In this document: in pieces, positions 61,959-64,000 of the stretch | Layout of the letters: each line of letters begins with the position of its first letter | Position numbering within the stretch: the first letter of the stretch is position 1 | Assembly: GCA_002937895.1 (NCBI GenBank) | Contig: PTKV01000009.1 | Location: 5,333 to 69,332 of the forward strand | Length of the DNA: 64,000 nt | From: Alphaproteobacteria bacterium MarineAlpha5_Bin9 | Lineage (GTDB): Bacteria; Pseudomonadota; Alphaproteobacteria; HIMB59; GCA-002718135 | Direction: 5' to 3' | Made by a program: the position numbers and the translations under genes | Notes under the pieces: generated by a model | What the model was told of the DNA's origin: nothing | Database searches by the model: none | The model's input: only the letters and a program-made list of their open reading frames with translations

Positions 61959-62839
61959 TAGTTATTTTCTTTATTTATGTCTCCAAAAAATTTTTCGCAA
62001 ACCTTTCCCGGAGCAATAACCATTGACATTTCAGTATCTCCAAAAGTATCTTTGCATGCTTGCATAGTTCTTAAAAAATTAAAAAAATCTGTATCTTTTC
62101 CGTACGCTTCTCCAAGAATAATATTTTTTTGAGCATCACCCTCTCCTCTTAAAATAGAAGAAATTCTCTCTGCCTCTGCTATAATCACAGTTTTTTGCCT
62201 ATCTGCAGAAGCTCTTATTTCTTGTGATAGCTCTTCACCTTCAGCTCTTAGTAAACTAGCTTCTTTTTCTCTTTCTGATCTCATACGTTGATATACATTA
62301 TTTGCTACTTGCTCAGTTAAATCTGTTCTACCTATTCTAACATCAACTATTTGTATTCCAAAATTAATTTCATTTGGTTTCACCTGAGATTCAATTTGTT
62401 TCATAATATTGTCTCTTTCAACACTTAAAAGAGAAGTAAGTGGATATTGAGCAATAACTCCTCTGACAGCTGCATTTAAGATTCTTCCAAAACGATCTGA
62501 AAATGTAGCTTCATTTCTAACTGTTTGAAAAAACTTTAAAGGATCAATAATCTTATATCTTGCAAAAGAATCTACTATAATTCTTTTTTGATCTGATAAA
62601 ATCATCTCCTCAGGCTGAGGATCTAAATTTAACATTCTTCTATCTAAGAACATTGCATCTTGAATAAAAGGAATTTTAAATTTTAGACCTGGACTTGAAA
62701 TAACCTGTCTAGGCTCACCAAATTGAAGAACTATTGCTTGTTTCGTTTCATTTACAACAAATAATGAACCAGTTATAGTTAAAAATACAATAAAAACTAC
62801 AAGTGTTACAATTAAATTTCTTGCTGAAAATTTCATCAA
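61958..62839 (-). CDS. hflC: FtsH protease modulator HflC
   Basis: 293 aa. N-terminal anchor plus SPFH/band-7 domain. 4-nt overlap with hflK. Confidence 0.9.
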   Translation of the reverse strand: MMKFSARNLIVTLVVFIVFLTITGSLFVVNETKQAIVLQFGEPRQVISSPGLKFKIPFIQDAMFLDRRMLNLDPQPEEMILSDQKRIIVDSFARYKIIDPLKFFQTVRNEATFSDRFGRILNAAVRGVIAQYPLTSLLSVERDNIMKQIESQVKPNEINFGIQIVDVRIGRTDLTEQVANNVYQRMRSEREKEASLLRAEGEELSQEIRASADRQKTVIIAEAERISSILRGEGDAQKNIILGEAYGKDTDFFNFLRTMQACKDTFGDTEMSMVIAPGKVCEKFFGDINKENN

Positions 62840-63933
62840 TTGTTTATCCCTTTTTTATTTAATTCATTTAGAGGTAAATAAGGAACTACTCCACCTTCCC
62901 CTGTGTCATCTAAAATTATTTTGTTTGGTCCTTCTAAAACCTCTCTGAGAGTTTCAAGATATATTCTTCTAATTGTAACATCTTTAGCGCTCATATAACT
63001 TTCATAGACATCAATAAAATTTTGAGCAACCCCTTCTGCTTGCTTAATTACTTGTTCTTTATAAGCAGTAGCTTCTTGAACTAAACGAGCAGCTTGACCT
63101 CTTGCATTTGGAACTATTTTATTCAAATATGAATTTGCTTCATTAACTAATCTTTCTTTATCTTGTCTAGCCCTTTGAACTTCATCGAAAGCATCTATAA
63201 CAGACGCGGGTGGATCAACGCTTTGCAATTGAATAGACTGAACTAAAATTCCACTTTCATATTCATCCAAAATATCTTGTAGACTAGATCTAACAATTTG
63301 TTCAACTTCTTGCCTTCCTTCTGTTAATAAAAATTGTAAATCGCGTTGACCTACAATTTCTCTCATAACACTTTCAGCCATATCTTTTACTGTTAATTCT
63401 GGATTTCGAAGTCTAAAAAGAAATTTACCAGCATCTTTTATTTTATACAAAACTGTAAAGTGAACATCTGTTATATTTTGATCTCCACTCAACATTAAGC
63501 TTTCCTCAAGAACATTTCTTTCTGCATTTGTGTTTGAGCTAAAACCTAAATCTGAAGCTGTTCTAAAACCTACATTTATTTTTCTTATTACTTCTACTTT
63601 AGGTGTGATTACTTTACCTATAGGTGTAGGAGGAAAATAATGCAATCCGGGATCAGTAGTGCTTTGATTCCATCTTCCAAATAATAATTCTATTCCCTGT
63701 TCATCGGGTTCTACTCTATAAAAACCTGTCGCTAACCATATAAGAATGAAAACAATTATTAATAAAGAAAGGTTTCTTGGTTTCCAAAAATTAAATTTAT
63801 CAAAACCTTGTTTGGCTTTTTGAAAAGCTTTTTCAAAATCTTTATTAGAAGGACCGCCAGAGCTTCCGCCCCATGGATTTTCATTCCCACCGTTTGATCC
63901 CCAAGGTCCCTGATTATTTTGATTCCAATTCAT
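62836..63933 (-). CDS. hflK: FtsH protease modulator HflK
   Basis: 365 aa. Gly/Asn/Trp-rich N-terminus (NQGPWGSNGG..PWGG), TM segment and SPFH domain. Confidence 0.9.
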   Translation of the reverse strand: MNWNQNNQGPWGSNGGNENPWGGSSGGPSNKDFEKAFQKAKQGFDKFNFWKPRNLSLLIIVFILIWLATGFYRVEPDEQGIELLFGRWNQSTTDPGLHYFPPTPIGKVITPKVEVIRKINVGFRTASDLGFSSNTNAERNVLEESLMLSGDQNITDVHFTVLYKIKDAGKFLFRLRNPELTVKDMAESVMREIVGQRDLQFLLTEGRQEVEQIVRSSLQDILDEYESGILVQSIQLQSVDPPASVIDAFDEVQRARQDKERLVNEANSYLNKIVPNARGQAARLVQEATAYKEQVIKQAEGVAQNFIDVYESYMSAKDVTIRRIYLETLREVLEGPNKIILDDTGEGGVVPYLPLNELNKKGINN

Positions 63934-64000
63934 AGTTTATATTAATTTAAATAAGTATATATATATTAAATACAATATCATTAAAGATTAGGATTAATAA

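Overview
This is a very AT-rich, extremely gene-dense segment: spacers are mostly 0-50 nt and many starts and stops overlap. The gene content is alphaproteobacterial. It includes an NDUFA12-like + DUF2155 pair, hflK-hflC-DUF2065-degP, proXWV, and long co-directional gene strings. It looks like core chromosome of a streamlined marine alphaproteobacterium of the Pelagibacterales (SAR11) type; that is inference from style and content, since no database search was possible. I can support about 65 protein-coding genes. I see no rRNA, tRNA, CRISPR array, transposase, integrase, phage gene or recognisable defence gene. Main blocks: (1) 1-10.7 kb holds an ScfR-like regulator, a proX-proW-proV-SDR-betA-like operon, a DMT transporter and a gamma-butyrobetaine-hydroxylase-like dioxygenase. 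(2) 10.7-21.3 kb holds prfB (programmed +1 frameshift), PBP1A, RNase E, a BepA-like M48 protease, dcd, aroQ, accBC and a frame-disrupted aat. (3) 21.3-34 kb holds housekeeping genes (pyrC, GT9, ygfZ, glyQS, sppA, ispB, rpe, LysR, an AhpD-like protein, MFS, SbmA/BacA-like, fxsA). (4) 34-44 kb is a minus-strand string: dapA-like, uppP, sbcB, ribokinase, an amino-methyltransferase, a two-domain ALDH, long-form deoC and gpsA. (5) 44-64 kb holds the livJ-like binding protein convergent with livGFHM, then rodA-mrdA-mreDCB, leuA-ilvC-ilvH-ilvB, miaA, degP, DUF2065 and hflCK. I do not see a clear-cut new multi-gene system. The observations most worth follow-up are: an operator-like repeat array at the ScfR-like regulator; an atypical GUU_UGA RF2 frameshift site; two genes whose frames break at long homopolymers (aat, M48 protease); an amino-methyltransferase translationally coupled inside a putative deoxyribose catabolic string; a quaternary-amine uptake operon with two fused-in oxidoreductases; and several sub-60-aa ORFs that exactly fill otherwise unexplained gaps.
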